Origin: Bacteroidales bacterium
GTDB taxonomy: Bacteria; Bacteroidota; Bacteroidia; Bacteroidales; WCHB1-69
Direction: 5' to 3'
Assembly (NCBI GenBank): GCA_023229985.1
Contig: JALNYF010000001.1
Span: 410-64,409, forward strand
Length of the DNA stretch: 64,000 bases
The translations under genes and the position numbers were made by a program. Positions 28,231 through 38,371 of the stretch are shown here, one piece after another (within the stretch, counting starts at the first letter, position 1; each line of letters opens with the position of its first letter). The notes under the pieces are model-generated. The model was given only the letters and a program-made list of their open reading frames with translations, had not been told where the DNA came from and made no database searches.

Positions 28231-28991
28231 TGAAAATAACGATGTTAGGAACCGGAACCTCGCAAGGTGTTCCGATAATTGGCTGCCAATGCCCCACTTG
28301 CATGTCTGTTGACCCGCGCGATAAACGTCTGCGTACCTCCGCCTTGGTCGAAATTGATGGAACTCATATCTTGATAGATGCCGGTCCCGATTTGCGACAA
28401 CAACTCCTCCGATGTCATACCTCTCAGTTGGATGCGGTTTTGTTCACCCATGAACATAAAGATCATACCGCAGGTTTGGACGACGTGCGCCCGATTAACT
28501 TTTTAATGCACTGTACATTAAATATTTACGGACTGCAGCGCGTCATGAATGTCATCAAACGCGATTACGATTATGCTTTTAAAACCTGCAAATACCCGGG
28601 CGTTCCTGAACTAAAAATCAATACCATTACTACCGAGCCCTTTTTTATTAATCAAATAGAAATAATCCCCATTTCGGTTAAACATTTAACCCTTCCCATC
28701 TTGGGCTATAGGATCGAAAATTTCGCATACGTCACTGACGCAAGTTTTATTACTGAAAAAGAAAAACAGAAATTGATGGGATTAGATGTGTTAATAATCA
28801 ATGCGTTGCGTGTAAAAGAACACTATTCTCATTTTAACTTGGCACAGGCGTTGGCAGTGATTGAAGAGGTGAAACCCAAAGCTGCCTACCTCACCCATAT
28901 CAGTGACCAATTGGGGAAACACAGCGAAGTAGCTCCCACGCTCCCGGAAAACGTTTTCTTGGGAATAGACGGCTTAACCATTACCCTTTAA
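28230..28991 (+). CDS. MBL-fold metallo-hydrolase (PhnP-like)
   Basis: 'LGTGTSQGVP', a Cys-rich 'GCQCPTC' motif, and the HxHxDH motif 'THEHKDH'. The ATG overlaps the Sir2 stop by 1 nt (TAATG). Confidence 0.8.
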   Translation: MKITMLGTGTSQGVPIIGCQCPTCMSVDPRDKRLRTSALVEIDGTHILIDAGPDLRQQLLRCHTSQLDAVLFTHEHKDHTAGLDDVRPINFLMHCTLNIYGLQRVMNVIKRDYDYAFKTCKYPGVPELKINTITTEPFFINQIEIIPISVKHLTLPILGYRIENFAYVTDASFITEKEKQKLMGLDVLIINALRVKEHYSHFNLAQALAVIEEVKPKAAYLTHISDQLGKHSEVAPTLPENVFLGIDGLTITL

Positions 28992-29002
28992 AAATATTAT
29001 TC

Positions 29003-30154
29003 ATGAAGCAATACGAATTATACCCGTCACCTTGTTATGTGATGTTTGAAGAATCCTTGGAAGCCAATCTGCAACTGTTGGATTTGGTGCAGCAAAGTGC
29101 CGGCGTTTCCATTATTTGTGCGCTGAAAGGTTTCTCTTTTTGGCACTCTTTCCCCTTAATTAAACACTATTTGCGAGGCGCAACAGCAAGTTCCTTGAAC
29201 GAGGCGCGCCTGATTTCGGAAGAGATGGGCTGCGATGCCCATACCTACGCCCCGATTTATATTGACGAAGAGTGGGAGGATATCATGCTGTATAGCAGCC
29301 ATATAACCTTTAACTCGATGAGTCAATGGCAACGCTTTCACGAAAGTGTCAAAAAATTCCCTAAGAAAATTAGCCTCGGTTTGCGCGTGAATCCGCAATA
29401 TTCGGAAATAAAAACCGACCTTTATAATCCGGCTATCGCGGGTTCCAGATTGGGAATCATAGCCGACAATATGCCCGAACATCTTCCGGAAGATATTGAA
29501 GGTCTGCACTTTCACGCACTTTGCGAAAACGACAGCCACGCACTTGAAAATTGTCTGAAGTCGTTCGAAACCCGTTTTGGACATCTTATCAAAGAGTGCA
29601 AGTGGGTAAACATGGGCGGCGGTCATTGGATTACTGAAAAAAATTATGATATTCCGCATTTAATAGAAATTTTAAAAGATTTTAAAAATCGCTACCCAAA
29701 TTTGGAAGAGGTGATTTTGGAACCCGGGGAGGCAGTGGGCTGGCAAACCGGAGTATTGGTTTCTACTGTGGAGGATATTGTTGAAAATCAGGGTGTTAAA
29801 ATTGCCATGTTAAACATTTCGTTTTCGTGTCATTTGCCCGATTGCTTGGAAATGCCCTACAAACCTACTGTTCTGGGGGCAAGTGAACCTGATGCCAACA
29901 GCAAATTTGTCTATCGGCTGGGGGGCTGTTCCTGTTTAGCCGGCGACAATATCGGTATGGGTGACTTCGCCTTTTCGGAGCCCCTGGAAATCGGCGACCG
30001 CATTGTCTTTGACGATATGATTCATTATACCATGGTAAAAACCACTTTCTTCAATGGCGTTCGTCACCCCGCCATCGGCGTAGTCAAACATGACGGTGAG
30101 TTTATTTTGCTCTCGCAACCCGACTACGAAGCGTACAAAGCCAAGTTGAGTTAG
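29003..30154 (+). CDS. nspC: Carboxynorspermidine/carboxyspermidine decarboxylase
   Basis: N-terminus 'PSPCYVMFEESLEANLQLL..ALKGFSFW...GATASSLNEARL', with the length (383 aa) typical of NspC. Confidence 0.8.
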   Translation: MKQYELYPSPCYVMFEESLEANLQLLDLVQQSAGVSIICALKGFSFWHSFPLIKHYLRGATASSLNEARLISEEMGCDAHTYAPIYIDEEWEDIMLYSSHITFNSMSQWQRFHESVKKFPKKISLGLRVNPQYSEIKTDLYNPAIAGSRLGIIADNMPEHLPEDIEGLHFHALCENDSHALENCLKSFETRFGHLIKECKWVNMGGGHWITEKNYDIPHLIEILKDFKNRYPNLEEVILEPGEAVGWQTGVLVSTVEDIVENQGVKIAMLNISFSCHLPDCLEMPYKPTVLGASEPDANSKFVYRLGGCSCLAGDNIGMGDFAFSEPLEIGDRIVFDDMIHYTMVKTTFFNGVRHPAIGVVKHDGEFILLSQPDYEAYKAKLS

Positions 30155-30256
30155 TGGCAAACTCAATAGAAAAAAATTGCAGAAAACAAATAAAATGTTC
30201 CAACTGTTTTTGATGATAATTATTCTCTGATTTTTTCATAGTAACAAAAAAATCAC

Positions 30257-30264
30257 TATCTTTG
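30257..30264 (+). promoter_or_regulatory. Bacteroidetes-type -7 box
   Basis: TATCTTTG lies 78 nt upstream of the pruA ATG. Confidence 0.5.
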
Positions 30265-30341
30265 CACGCAAATTTTTCACAAAATAAACGATGTAGATAA
30301 GAATCTAAAACATTTATAAACATTAAATTAATCAATTTATC

Positions 30342-31967
30342 ATGAACAACTCAAATTTCATTTTCAGAGAACCCAAGAATGAACCGATTTACGCTTATGC
30401 ACCCGGGTCACCGGAACGCAAGCTATTACAAGAAGAATTGGAACGTCAGTATAATCAGACGATTGAGATTCCGATTATCATTGGAGGCAAAGAAGTAAAA
30501 ACCGGAAATATGGGCAAAGTAACCATGCCTACAGAACATGGACATGTTTTGGCTACTTACCATAAAGTTGGCGAAAAAGAGGTGAAAATGGCAATAGAAG
30601 CCGCCATGTCTGCAAAAAAACAATGGGAAAATATGCCATGGATTGAACGTTGCTCCCTGATGATGCGCGTTGCCGAACTCCTTTCGAAGAAATATCGCAA
30701 TTTGTTGAATGCCGCTACGATGCTCGGACAAGGCAAAAATCCGTTCCAAGCTGAAATTGACTCTGCGTGTGAAGCTATTGACTTCTTGCGTTTTAACTCA
30801 TATTTTGCCTCCAAAATTTATGCGGAACAACCTATTTCTGACAATAGCAATATCAACCGTATCGAATACAGACCGTTAGAAGGTTTTGTATATGCCATTA
30901 CCCCGTTTAATTTTACGGCTATTGCTTGTAACTTAAATATTTCACCGGTATTAATGGGCAATGTTACCCTTTGGAAACCGGCAACCACTGCCATTTTATC
31001 CAATTATTATTTGATGAAAGTTTTCAAAGAAGCCGGCATTCCTGACGGCGTTATTAACTTCTTGCCGGGCAGCGGCTCCGTCATCAGTGACGTTGTTTTT
31101 GCTTCTCCCGACTTTGCCGGCGTGCATTTTACCGGAAGTACTTCTACTTTCAACGCCTTCTGGCAAGCCATCGGCAAAAATATCAACAGTTACAAAACTT
31201 ATCCAAAAATCGTGGGCGAAACCGGCGGTAAAGATTTCATCTTTGCACATAAAAGTGCCGATTACAAACAGTTGGCAGTAGCGATCCTCCGTGGTGCTTT
31301 TGAGTATCAAGGACAAAAATGCTCCGCCGCTTCCCGCGCTTATGTTCCCAAATCATTATGGAATGATACATTTGCCTATATCAAAGAGATGATGCAAACC
31401 GTTAAAATGGGCGATGTTCGCACATTCTCCAACTTTATTAACGCTGTTATTGACGAAAAATCTTTCGACAATATTGCCGGCTACTTGGAAAGAGCCAAAA
31501 AATCCCCGGATGCTGAAATCGTCATGGGCGGAAATTGCGATAAATCGGTTGGCTACTTCGTTGAACCTACCATTATCATAGCCAAAGCTCCCAAATACGA
31601 ATCTATCGCTGAAGAAATCTTCGGACCCGTGATCACGGTTTATGTTTACGAAGATGACAAATACACCGAAACATTGCACTTATGCGACGAAACTTCACCC
31701 TACGCATTAACCGGTTCTATCTTAGGGACAGACCGTTACGCTTTGAATGAAGCTTTCGATATTTTAAGATATGCCGCCGGTAATTTCTATATCAATGATA
31801 AACCAACCGGTGCAGTAGTCGGCAACCAACCTTTCGGTGGCGCACGTGCTTCCGGTACCAACGACAAAGCCGGCAGCTCCTTGAACCTCTACCGCTGGAT
31901 CAGCCCACGAGTTATCAAAGAAACACTGCTTGCTCCCACTGAATACGGTTATCCGTTTTTAGGATAA
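30342..31967 (+). CDS. pruA: L-glutamate gamma-semialdehyde (1-pyrroline-5-carboxylate) dehydrogenase
   Basis: Aldehyde dehydrogenase motifs 'VGETGGKD', 'YQGQKCSAASR' and 'FGGARASGTNDKAG'. The N-terminus 'FREPKNEP' and the 541-aa length are typical of PruA. Confidence 0.85.
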   Translation: MNNSNFIFREPKNEPIYAYAPGSPERKLLQEELERQYNQTIEIPIIIGGKEVKTGNMGKVTMPTEHGHVLATYHKVGEKEVKMAIEAAMSAKKQWENMPWIERCSLMMRVAELLSKKYRNLLNAATMLGQGKNPFQAEIDSACEAIDFLRFNSYFASKIYAEQPISDNSNINRIEYRPLEGFVYAITPFNFTAIACNLNISPVLMGNVTLWKPATTAILSNYYLMKVFKEAGIPDGVINFLPGSGSVISDVVFASPDFAGVHFTGSTSTFNAFWQAIGKNINSYKTYPKIVGETGGKDFIFAHKSADYKQLAVAILRGAFEYQGQKCSAASRAYVPKSLWNDTFAYIKEMMQTVKMGDVRTFSNFINAVIDEKSFDNIAGYLERAKKSPDAEIVMGGNCDKSVGYFVEPTIIIAKAPKYESIAEEIFGPVITVYVYEDDKYTETLHLCDETSPYALTGSILGTDRYALNEAFDILRYAAGNFYINDKPTGAVVGNQPFGGARASGTNDKAGSSLNLYRWISPRVIKETLLAPTEYGYPFLG

Positions 31968-31990
31968 TATTGCACTTTTAACAAACAAAA

Positions 31991-32023
31991 GTCGAGTAGT
32001 AGCAAACTGCTCGACTTTTTTTT
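31991..32023 (+). terminator. Rho-independent terminator after pruA
   Basis: Stem gtcgagtag (31991-31999) pairs with ctgctcgac (32007-32015), followed by a T-run at 32016-32023. Confidence 0.8.
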
Positions 32024-32145
32024 GTTAAATAATATAATGAATGATTGTTATTAATTTTTAATCGCCTATTAATGAAATGAATAGAAATTATTTAAAAATC
32101 TTTATAAAAAACGGCAGATAGTATCTGTGGAATAAAAAAAAATCT

Positions 32146-32153
32146 TATTTTTG
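32146..32153 (+). promoter_or_regulatory. Bacteroidetes-type -7 box
   Basis: TATTTTTG lies 100 nt upstream of the ATG at 32253. Confidence 0.45.
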
Positions 32154-32252
32154 CCACTTCAAATGATGATAATTAAGACGTTCTTCAAACACTTCCAACA
32201 CAAGAAAAGCGAGATGCAGTTTGATTCTTAGCAAATAATAAAGTATTGGAGT

Positions 32253-34742
32253 ATGAAAAAGTGTGTGTTTGTACTATTTCTATTGGTAACGATAAATGGA
32301 TTTTCGCAACACAATCCGCCCGGTCAGCCGCATCGTTCTTTGTCGGCAACGACCTCAGGCACTATTAACACCGATTGTATGGGGCAGGGTTGCTTTTACG
32401 ATGGACCTACTATTCTTATCAATGAGGTGATGTTGTCACCGTCAACGGGTGATGGTTCGATTTATGACAGTGACAATACCCGCAGGGGCGAATGGATAGA
32501 GTTGTACAATCCGCATAAGTGTGAGTCGGCAGATATATCTTGCTATTTTTTAGGGAATAATGCACCGGAAGGCTCCAATTATGGGGGTGGTTTTTCAATT
32601 CCGCCGGGGACGGTTGTTCCGCCGCAAGGTTTTGCACTTGTGCGGGGGATGAACGCACCTGCCGTACCCGCCAATTTGTTGGTGCAAAATGGTGGAAATG
32701 TAGTGGAAATCATAGTAAATGGCAGGTTGTGCATGGAAGGAAACACCCGATTGTGGTTCCCTAACGCCGGCGGCTGGTTTGCCTTCTACGATGCCAATGG
32801 AGTTCCGCAAGATGCTATTTCCTGGGCAAGCCAGAGTAACTCATGTATGTCGTGTTCCCCTTGTACTCCAATCAATTCCGATTGCGGTTATAGCGGTGTT
32901 TTAGCCGCTTACAACAGTATTCCGGCTGCACGTAAAAATATAATTAGCAGCTCTGTCCCAACATCAAATCGCACTTTTAGCCGAATTCCAGACGGTGGTG
33001 CATGGTCATACAATTCGCCTACTATTGCAACGTATGCCGATTGCAATTCCAACTGCGTGGATCCACCCGTCATCACTTGCAACGGCACAGCTACCGTAAC
33101 TGTAACCGGCGGCGTTCCCCCATACTCTTATCAATGGAATGATGCCATGTTCCAAACCACGCCAACTGCCCTGGGCTTGTGCGAAGGTACCTATTCTGTT
33201 ACCGTGACCGACGCCATGATGGATACCGTGACCGCAACGTACACCGTCACCAATTTCGTGCCCACCGTTTCGCACCCCAGTTCCATCTACTGCATGAGCG
33301 ATTCTTTTGCCGTGGTTCAGGGCGGAACCCCATTAGGCGGCATTTATGAATGTGAATACCTGGAAGACAGCGTCATCTTTTTTGACGATAACATCGCCCA
33401 TTATGACCTTACTTATACCTATACCGATACCAACGGTTGCAGTGCTTCCGCCCCTTTTACTATAACTGTTAATCCCGTTTATCATACCGTAATTTACGAC
33501 ACCATCTGCCAATATGACGGCTATTATTTATACGGATTCACCATTTCATCGCAAGAAACCGAAATCCCTGGCGACTTTACAGAAATACAATTAGCCCAAA
33601 CCATCAACCATTGCGACAGTATCATTACGCTGCATTTAACCGTTCATCCCAGCGAAACCTTTGTCTTTGATGATTCAATCTGCCATAATCAAGCATTTAG
33701 CAACTACGGATTTAATTTCCCTGCCGATTCTTTACCTTTAGGAAATCAACAATTTACCCGTATTTTTCAAAATCAGTTTCAGTGCGATAGTACCGTCATC
33801 TTAAACCTGACCGTTTTGCCGGTTTATGATTTGTATGAGGAAGTAAGTATTTGTAAAAATATGACATATCAACAAAACGGATTCAACATTTCTGCCGATA
33901 CACTCGAAGTAGGCACCTACGAATGGCGACATCAAACAGTGACCGCTGTTGGCTGCGATAGCTCATTTACTCTCACTTTGCATATATTCCCCACTCATTT
34001 AGAGACTTATACCGACACCATCTGCCAAGGAGAAACTTACGATTTGCATGGCTTTCACCTGACTTCTAACGAAACCGGTTTCACCGGCGACTTTGTTCAT
34101 ACGCAAAATCTGTCCAATATTTATGGCTGCGACAGCATTATTATTCTGAATCTGTTGATAACATCAAGTCCCGACGTGGATTTTCTTCCCTCGCCCGAGC
34201 GACTGATTCTGTCGGAAGGCGGGCTCGTCGATTTTATCAATTTGACCGATATTTCGCAAATCACCGCGGGCGAAATCTATTCTTGGCTTTGGGATTTCGG
34301 AGATGGAAATAGCGAAACGACAGACAATTATAATCTCCAACACACTTATGAATCATGGGGAGAATACTTGGTAACGCTGACCTTGACAACCTCTTTCGGC
34401 TGCTCAAAACAGATATCTCACTATGTGTTCGTGGAGGCTGACTTAGAATTTCCCAACATCATTACGCCCAATGGGGACAATTTTAATGACGTTTTTGCCG
34501 TTATTAATCTCAACCCTTCTACGCCCAATTTATTTTCAGTTTACGATCGGTGGGGAAAGAAGGTTTATGAAAAAGAAAATTATCAAACATATATTAAAGA
34601 TGACATTCTATACAACGCCGAACAGGGATTTAATGCTGAAAACTTATCCGATGGCGTTTATTACTATGTGTTTCATTATGAAGGATATACAAAAAATATC
34701 GAATATCAAAGCTCTTTAACGATACTACGCGATGTCAAATAA
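32253..34742 (+). CDS. T9SS type-B-sorted protein with lamin-tail domain, SprB-like repeat, four Cys-bracketed repeats and PKD domain
   Basis: Signal peptide. LTD 'ILINEVMLSP...GEWIELYNP'. 'GGVPPYSYQWND..GLCEGTYSVTVTD'. Four repeats of 'IC..(..)Y...GF......G.F......CDS...L.L.'. PKD 'WDFGDGNSE..HTYESWGEYLVTLTL'. CTD 'EFPNIITPNGDNFNDVF...VYDRWGKKVYE'. Confidence 0.85.
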   Translation: MKKCVFVLFLLVTINGFSQHNPPGQPHRSLSATTSGTINTDCMGQGCFYDGPTILINEVMLSPSTGDGSIYDSDNTRRGEWIELYNPHKCESADISCYFLGNNAPEGSNYGGGFSIPPGTVVPPQGFALVRGMNAPAVPANLLVQNGGNVVEIIVNGRLCMEGNTRLWFPNAGGWFAFYDANGVPQDAISWASQSNSCMSCSPCTPINSDCGYSGVLAAYNSIPAARKNIISSSVPTSNRTFSRIPDGGAWSYNSPTIATYADCNSNCVDPPVITCNGTATVTVTGGVPPYSYQWNDAMFQTTPTALGLCEGTYSVTVTDAMMDTVTATYTVTNFVPTVSHPSSIYCMSDSFAVVQGGTPLGGIYECEYLEDSVIFFDDNIAHYDLTYTYTDTNGCSASAPFTITVNPVYHTVIYDTICQYDGYYLYGFTISSQETEIPGDFTEIQLAQTINHCDSIITLHLTVHPSETFVFDDSICHNQAFSNYGFNFPADSLPLGNQQFTRIFQNQFQCDSTVILNLTVLPVYDLYEEVSICKNMTYQQNGFNISADTLEVGTYEWRHQTVTAVGCDSSFTLTLHIFPTHLETYTDTICQGETYDLHGFHLTSNETGFTGDFVHTQNLSNIYGCDSIIILNLLITSSPDVDFLPSPERLILSEGGLVDFINLTDISQITAGEIYSWLWDFGDGNSETTDNYNLQHTYESWGEYLVTLTLTTSFGCSKQISHYVFVEADLEFPNIITPNGDNFNDVFAVINLNPSTPNLFSVYDRWGKKVYEKENYQTYIKDDILYNAEQGFNAENLSDGVYYYVFHYEGYTKNIEYQSSLTILRDVK

Positions 34743-35511
34743 TGCGATTGAGATTTGTAACCTGACATTTGGTTACACACAAAAAGAAGTTTTTCAACAA
34801 TTATCGCTTTCGTTTGCGGAAGGCGATTTTTGTGCGATGATTGGTCCTAATGGTTCGGGCAAGACCACGTTGCTCAAAGCCATCGCCGGCATATTATCGC
34901 CCAAGGTTGAAAGTAATGTATTGATCTATAATAAATTAATTAAAAATTACTCTCGAAATGCGCTGGCGCAAAAGTTAGCTTTCGTGGCTCAGCGGCAAGA
35001 AGTGGTTTTCGATTTTTCGGTCTTTGATACGGTCATGATGGGGCGAAATCCATATCAAAAACGCTGGGATAGTGGCAGTAAGAATGATGAAGATATTGTA
35101 ACCAATGTTTTGCAACAGACCCGTCTTTGGCATTTACGGGAGAGGATGTTGGCACATTTGAGCGGCGGCGAGATGCAGCGGGTGATGATTGCGCGCGCAA
35201 TGGCACAGCAAACTCCCATTTTACTCTTAGATGAACCGCTAGCCAATTTGGATATCGCCCATAAATTTGAAATAATGGACATTTTGAAAGAGCTCAATCA
35301 AACCAATCATACCACTATTCTTATTATTTTACACGATTTTTCATTTGCCAAACAATATACTGACAAAACCTTGCTATTAAACGAAGGAAAAGTAGAACTA
35401 TTCGCGGAAAGTTCCTCCGTGATTACCACTTCCCATATTCAGCAAGTCTTTAATCTTTCTACTGAATATCAAGTAGATGAATGGGGAAATATTAGGCGAG
35501 AGGGAAGATAA
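34732..35511 (+). CDS. ABC transporter ATP-binding protein (FecE/BtuD-like), no permease adjacent
   Basis: Walker A 'GPNGSGKTT', signature 'LSGGEMQRV', Walker B 'ILLLDEP'. It overlaps the upstream gene by 11 nt. Confidence 0.85.
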   Translation: MSNNAIEICNLTFGYTQKEVFQQLSLSFAEGDFCAMIGPNGSGKTTLLKAIAGILSPKVESNVLIYNKLIKNYSRNALAQKLAFVAQRQEVVFDFSVFDTVMMGRNPYQKRWDSGSKNDEDIVTNVLQQTRLWHLRERMLAHLSGGEMQRVMIARAMAQQTPILLLDEPLANLDIAHKFEIMDILKELNQTNHTTILIILHDFSFAKQYTDKTLLLNEGKVELFAESSSVITTSHIQQVFNLSTEYQVDEWGNIRREGR

Positions 35512-35541
35512 TACAATGCGAACCTCTTATATTAAATAGCC

Positions 35542-36156
35542 TTATTTGACTTGAAGAGTTTGTCTGATTTTAGACGTGAGAATATCAATCCCTTTTTCAT
35601 TATGACCGCCAATCGGAATAATAATGTCGGCTAAGCGTTTTGTGGGTTCGATAAAAGATTCGTGCATCGGTTTCACGAACATTTGATAGTGGCGGATTGA
35701 TTTATCCAGGCCGCGACCTCTTTCGTGGACATCTCTTTTGATGATGCGTATCAGTCGTTCGTCTGCGCCGGTATCCACAAATACTTTTAAATCAAGGATA
35801 TCTGCTAATTGTGGGTCTGTAAAGATTAAGATTCCTTCCACGATGAGAACCTCGCTTGGGTAAATGGAAACGGTTTCTGCGCCGCGCCGACAGGTCACGT
35901 ATGAATAGGTTGGCATTTGTACGGTTTTTCCTGCTTTTAACGCCTCAATATGCTCCACCAACAATCCAAACTCAATTGCCGACGGGTGGTCAAAGTTAAT
36001 TTTTTCCCGTTCTTCCTGGGTTAAGTCGCCCAAGTCTTTATAGTACGCATCTTGCGACAAAACACTAACTTTACCTCGCGGAATTGATCTAATAATTTTA
36101 TGAACTACCGATGTTTTGCCGGAACCTGACCCGCCGGCTATACCAATAACCAACAT
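35542..36156 (-). CDS. udk: Uridine kinase
   Basis: 'IGIAGGSGSGKTS' P-loop, 'FDHPSAIE', 'VEGILIF', 'RIIKRDVHERGR'. Confidence 0.9.
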   Translation of the reverse strand: MLVIGIAGGSGSGKTSVVHKIIRSIPRGKVSVLSQDAYYKDLGDLTQEEREKINFDHPSAIEFGLLVEHIEALKAGKTVQMPTYSYVTCRRGAETVSIYPSEVLIVEGILIFTDPQLADILDLKVFVDTGADERLIRIIKRDVHERGRGLDKSIRHYQMFVKPMHESFIEPTKRLADIIIPIGGHNEKGIDILTSKIRQTLQVK

Positions 36157-36276
36157 ATTTTTTTATTTTTTACAACGATTCTTTCAACAAAATATTGCTT
36201 GATTTGATGCAAAACAAGCATGCAAAATTTTTTCAAGCAATAAAACAGAAATATCAGCGTTAAAAAACGATGTTCT

Positions 36277-36284
36277 TACTTTTG
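36277..36284 (+). promoter_or_regulatory. Bacteroidetes-type -7 box
   Basis: TACTTTTG lies 27 nt upstream of the ATG at 36311. Confidence 0.5.
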
Positions 36285-36310
36285 CAACGCACTATCAATA
36301 AGAAATTTCA

Positions 36311-37813
36311 ATGAATTTATATACGCATAAAAAAAGATGGAAATGGTTGCTGTTTTTTTCGGCATGCATTGCTTTTATTGTGATTATTTATTATTCAAAC
36401 CTTCTGCTGAAAGAAATTGCACATGAAGAACGAAAGAAGGTGAATTTATGGGCGGATGCCATCACCCATAAAGCACAATTGGTAAACTACACAACGCATT
36501 TTTTTGAAAGTATTAAAAATGAAGAAGGGAAACGTGCCTCGCTATTAGCCAAGACTTTACAAAAAGTTTATGATGCTCCGATGGACGAAGACGTCACTTT
36601 TTATTTGGAAATAATTCAAAATAATACCACGATTCCGACTATTTTAACACAAGAAGACGGAACTATCGATAATAGTATTAATGTAACGGAAGAGGTGAGC
36701 CGAATGAAAAATATTTCGGAGTTAGGCACACAACTCAAGGAGTATGATAATATTAAATTAGAATATGATAAGGGACAATACGTTTACGTTTATTTCAAAT
36801 TATCGCAAATTTATGCCGATTTACGTTCTTTTTTAGAAAATTTACAGCAATCTTTCTTTGAAGAAGTGGTGATCAACACGGCTTCTATTCCGGTCATCAT
36901 CACCGACAGCACCGAACGAAACGTGATACTTGCCGGTAATATTGATTCTTCAGGCTTTCACTCGCCTCGTGCTTTAGCGAATACCATCGCGAAAATGAAA
37001 TCGGAAAATAATCCCATCCGTATTGACCTTCCCGAAAGGGGCACTTGCTACGTTTTTTATGAAGAATCATCGGTACTAACGCGACTGCGTTACTTCCCGT
37101 ACATTCAATTCTCCATCATTCTTGTATTTGCGATCACTGCCTATTTATTATTTAGTTTTGCACGACGGTCGGAGCAGAATCGCGTATGGGTGGGAATGTC
37201 CAAAGAAACGGCACATCAATTGGGAACGCCCATTTCCTCGCTGATGGCATGGAACGAACTCCTGAAAGAAACCGATGTGGACCCCGCCATTTTGGGCGAA
37301 ATGGATAAAGATGTCAAACGCTTGGAAACCATTGCTCAGCGTTTTTCCAAAATTGGCTCTGTCCCCGAATTACACAACGAAGAAATTGTCCCTATCATCG
37401 AAAATTTCGTTTCATATCTGCAAACCCGAATCTCTACCCAGACGAAAATTTGTTTTAATTCGCAAGTAAATCATGATTTACAAATTCCCATCAACCGGTA
37501 TTTATTTGAATGGGTCATTGAGAATCTGTGCAAAAATTCGGTGGATGCCATGGAAGGCGCAGGAAGCATCACTTTAGTTTTGAGTGAAGATGAAAAGCAT
37601 CTGTATCTGGACATTACCGACACGGGTAAAGGCATTTCACCCAAAAAACAAAAAACCATTTTTAAACCGGGCTATACTTCGAAAAATCGCGGCTGGGGAT
37701 TAGGACTCACGTTAGCGCAACGAATCATCAAGGATTATCATAAGGGAAAATTATTCGTTAAAAACTCGGTCTTAGGAAAAGGAACCACTATGCGGATTGT
37801 ACTTTCAAAATAG
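36311..37813 (+). CDS. Sensor histidine kinase (no response regulator adjacent)
   Basis: Two TM segments flank a periplasmic-sized region. H-box 'ETAHQLGTPISSLMAW', N-box 'ENLCKNSVDAM', G-boxes 'DTGKGI' and 'GWGLGL'. Confidence 0.85.
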   Translation: MNLYTHKKRWKWLLFFSACIAFIVIIYYSNLLLKEIAHEERKKVNLWADAITHKAQLVNYTTHFFESIKNEEGKRASLLAKTLQKVYDAPMDEDVTFYLEIIQNNTTIPTILTQEDGTIDNSINVTEEVSRMKNISELGTQLKEYDNIKLEYDKGQYVYVYFKLSQIYADLRSFLENLQQSFFEEVVINTASIPVIITDSTERNVILAGNIDSSGFHSPRALANTIAKMKSENNPIRIDLPERGTCYVFYEESSVLTRLRYFPYIQFSIILVFAITAYLLFSFARRSEQNRVWVGMSKETAHQLGTPISSLMAWNELLKETDVDPAILGEMDKDVKRLETIAQRFSKIGSVPELHNEEIVPIIENFVSYLQTRISTQTKICFNSQVNHDLQIPINRYLFEWVIENLCKNSVDAMEGAGSITLVLSEDEKHLYLDITDTGKGISPKKQKTIFKPGYTSKNRGWGLGLTLAQRIIKDYHKGKLFVKNSVLGKGTTMRIVLSK

Positions 37814-37823
37814 ATCAAAATAT

Positions 37824-38354
37824 ATGATAAAACGATTTGCACTTTTTGTAATTATATCATTTTCAATTTATTATGGATTCTCTCAAGAAGTACAATGGGA
37901 GATGGACACGGTCAAAAAATATGAAGTCCCCGTTGGATTATGCAGTTGGGAAGAGTTAAAAGGACACGAGTTTTATAATGAAATGAGTGAGCAATATGCC
38001 CAATACCTACCTAATCCAAAGGTAATGGAAGAATTATCGAAGCAGTTATTTGCAACTTCGCTGCATGTGGATATTTATTTTGGCGCGTGGTGCGGCGATT
38101 CGCGTGAACATGTTCCCCATTTTATGAAAATTCACGATGATTTGCTAAATAATTTCGGTATTCTTCTTGATTATCAAATTATTGGATGTAATCGAGAAAA
38201 AGAGTGTGGCGCGACGAATGATGAAATAATTGAATATGTACCCACATTGATCATTTATAAAGTAGATGATTCCGGAAATTATCCAATTGGGAAGATTATT
38301 GAGACCCCGGAAATAACGTTAGAAGAGGATTTATTGAAAATTCTCCATCCATAG
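37824..38354 (+). CDS. Thioredoxin-fold family protein (secreted)
   Basis: I prefer the ATG at 37824 ('MIKRFALFVIISFSIYYG' signal) over the listed TTG at 37797. 'FGAWCGDSREHVP' is a thioredoxin-like motif with a single Cys. Confidence 0.6.
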   Translation: MIKRFALFVIISFSIYYGFSQEVQWEMDTVKKYEVPVGLCSWEELKGHEFYNEMSEQYAQYLPNPKVMEELSKQLFATSLHVDIYFGAWCGDSREHVPHFMKIHDDLLNNFGILLDYQIIGCNREKECGATNDEIIEYVPTLIIYKVDDSGNYPIGKIIETPEITLEEDLLKILHP

Positions 38355-38371
38355 CGTTGAAGTTCCGTTTC

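Noticed and set aside
27553-28991. The Sir2-domain protein translationally coupled to an MBL-fold hydrolase, considered as a possible SIR2-based anti-phage system.
   Set aside because: The 225-aa protein is a compact CobB-type deacylase with all canonical sirtuin motifs. It has no fused sensor or effector domain (no TIR, SLOG, pAgo or helicase partner). It sits among housekeeping genes (tRNA-Phe, nspC, pruA) with no mobile or island signatures.
29156-29659. Long antisense ORFs inside well-supported genes: 29156-29659 (-), 61688-62170 (+), 48103-48549 (+), 16377-16787 (+) and 42545-42859 (+).
   Set aside because: Each lies entirely or largely within a strongly motif-supported gene on the other strand and shows no recognisable motifs. 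This is typical of shadow ORFs.
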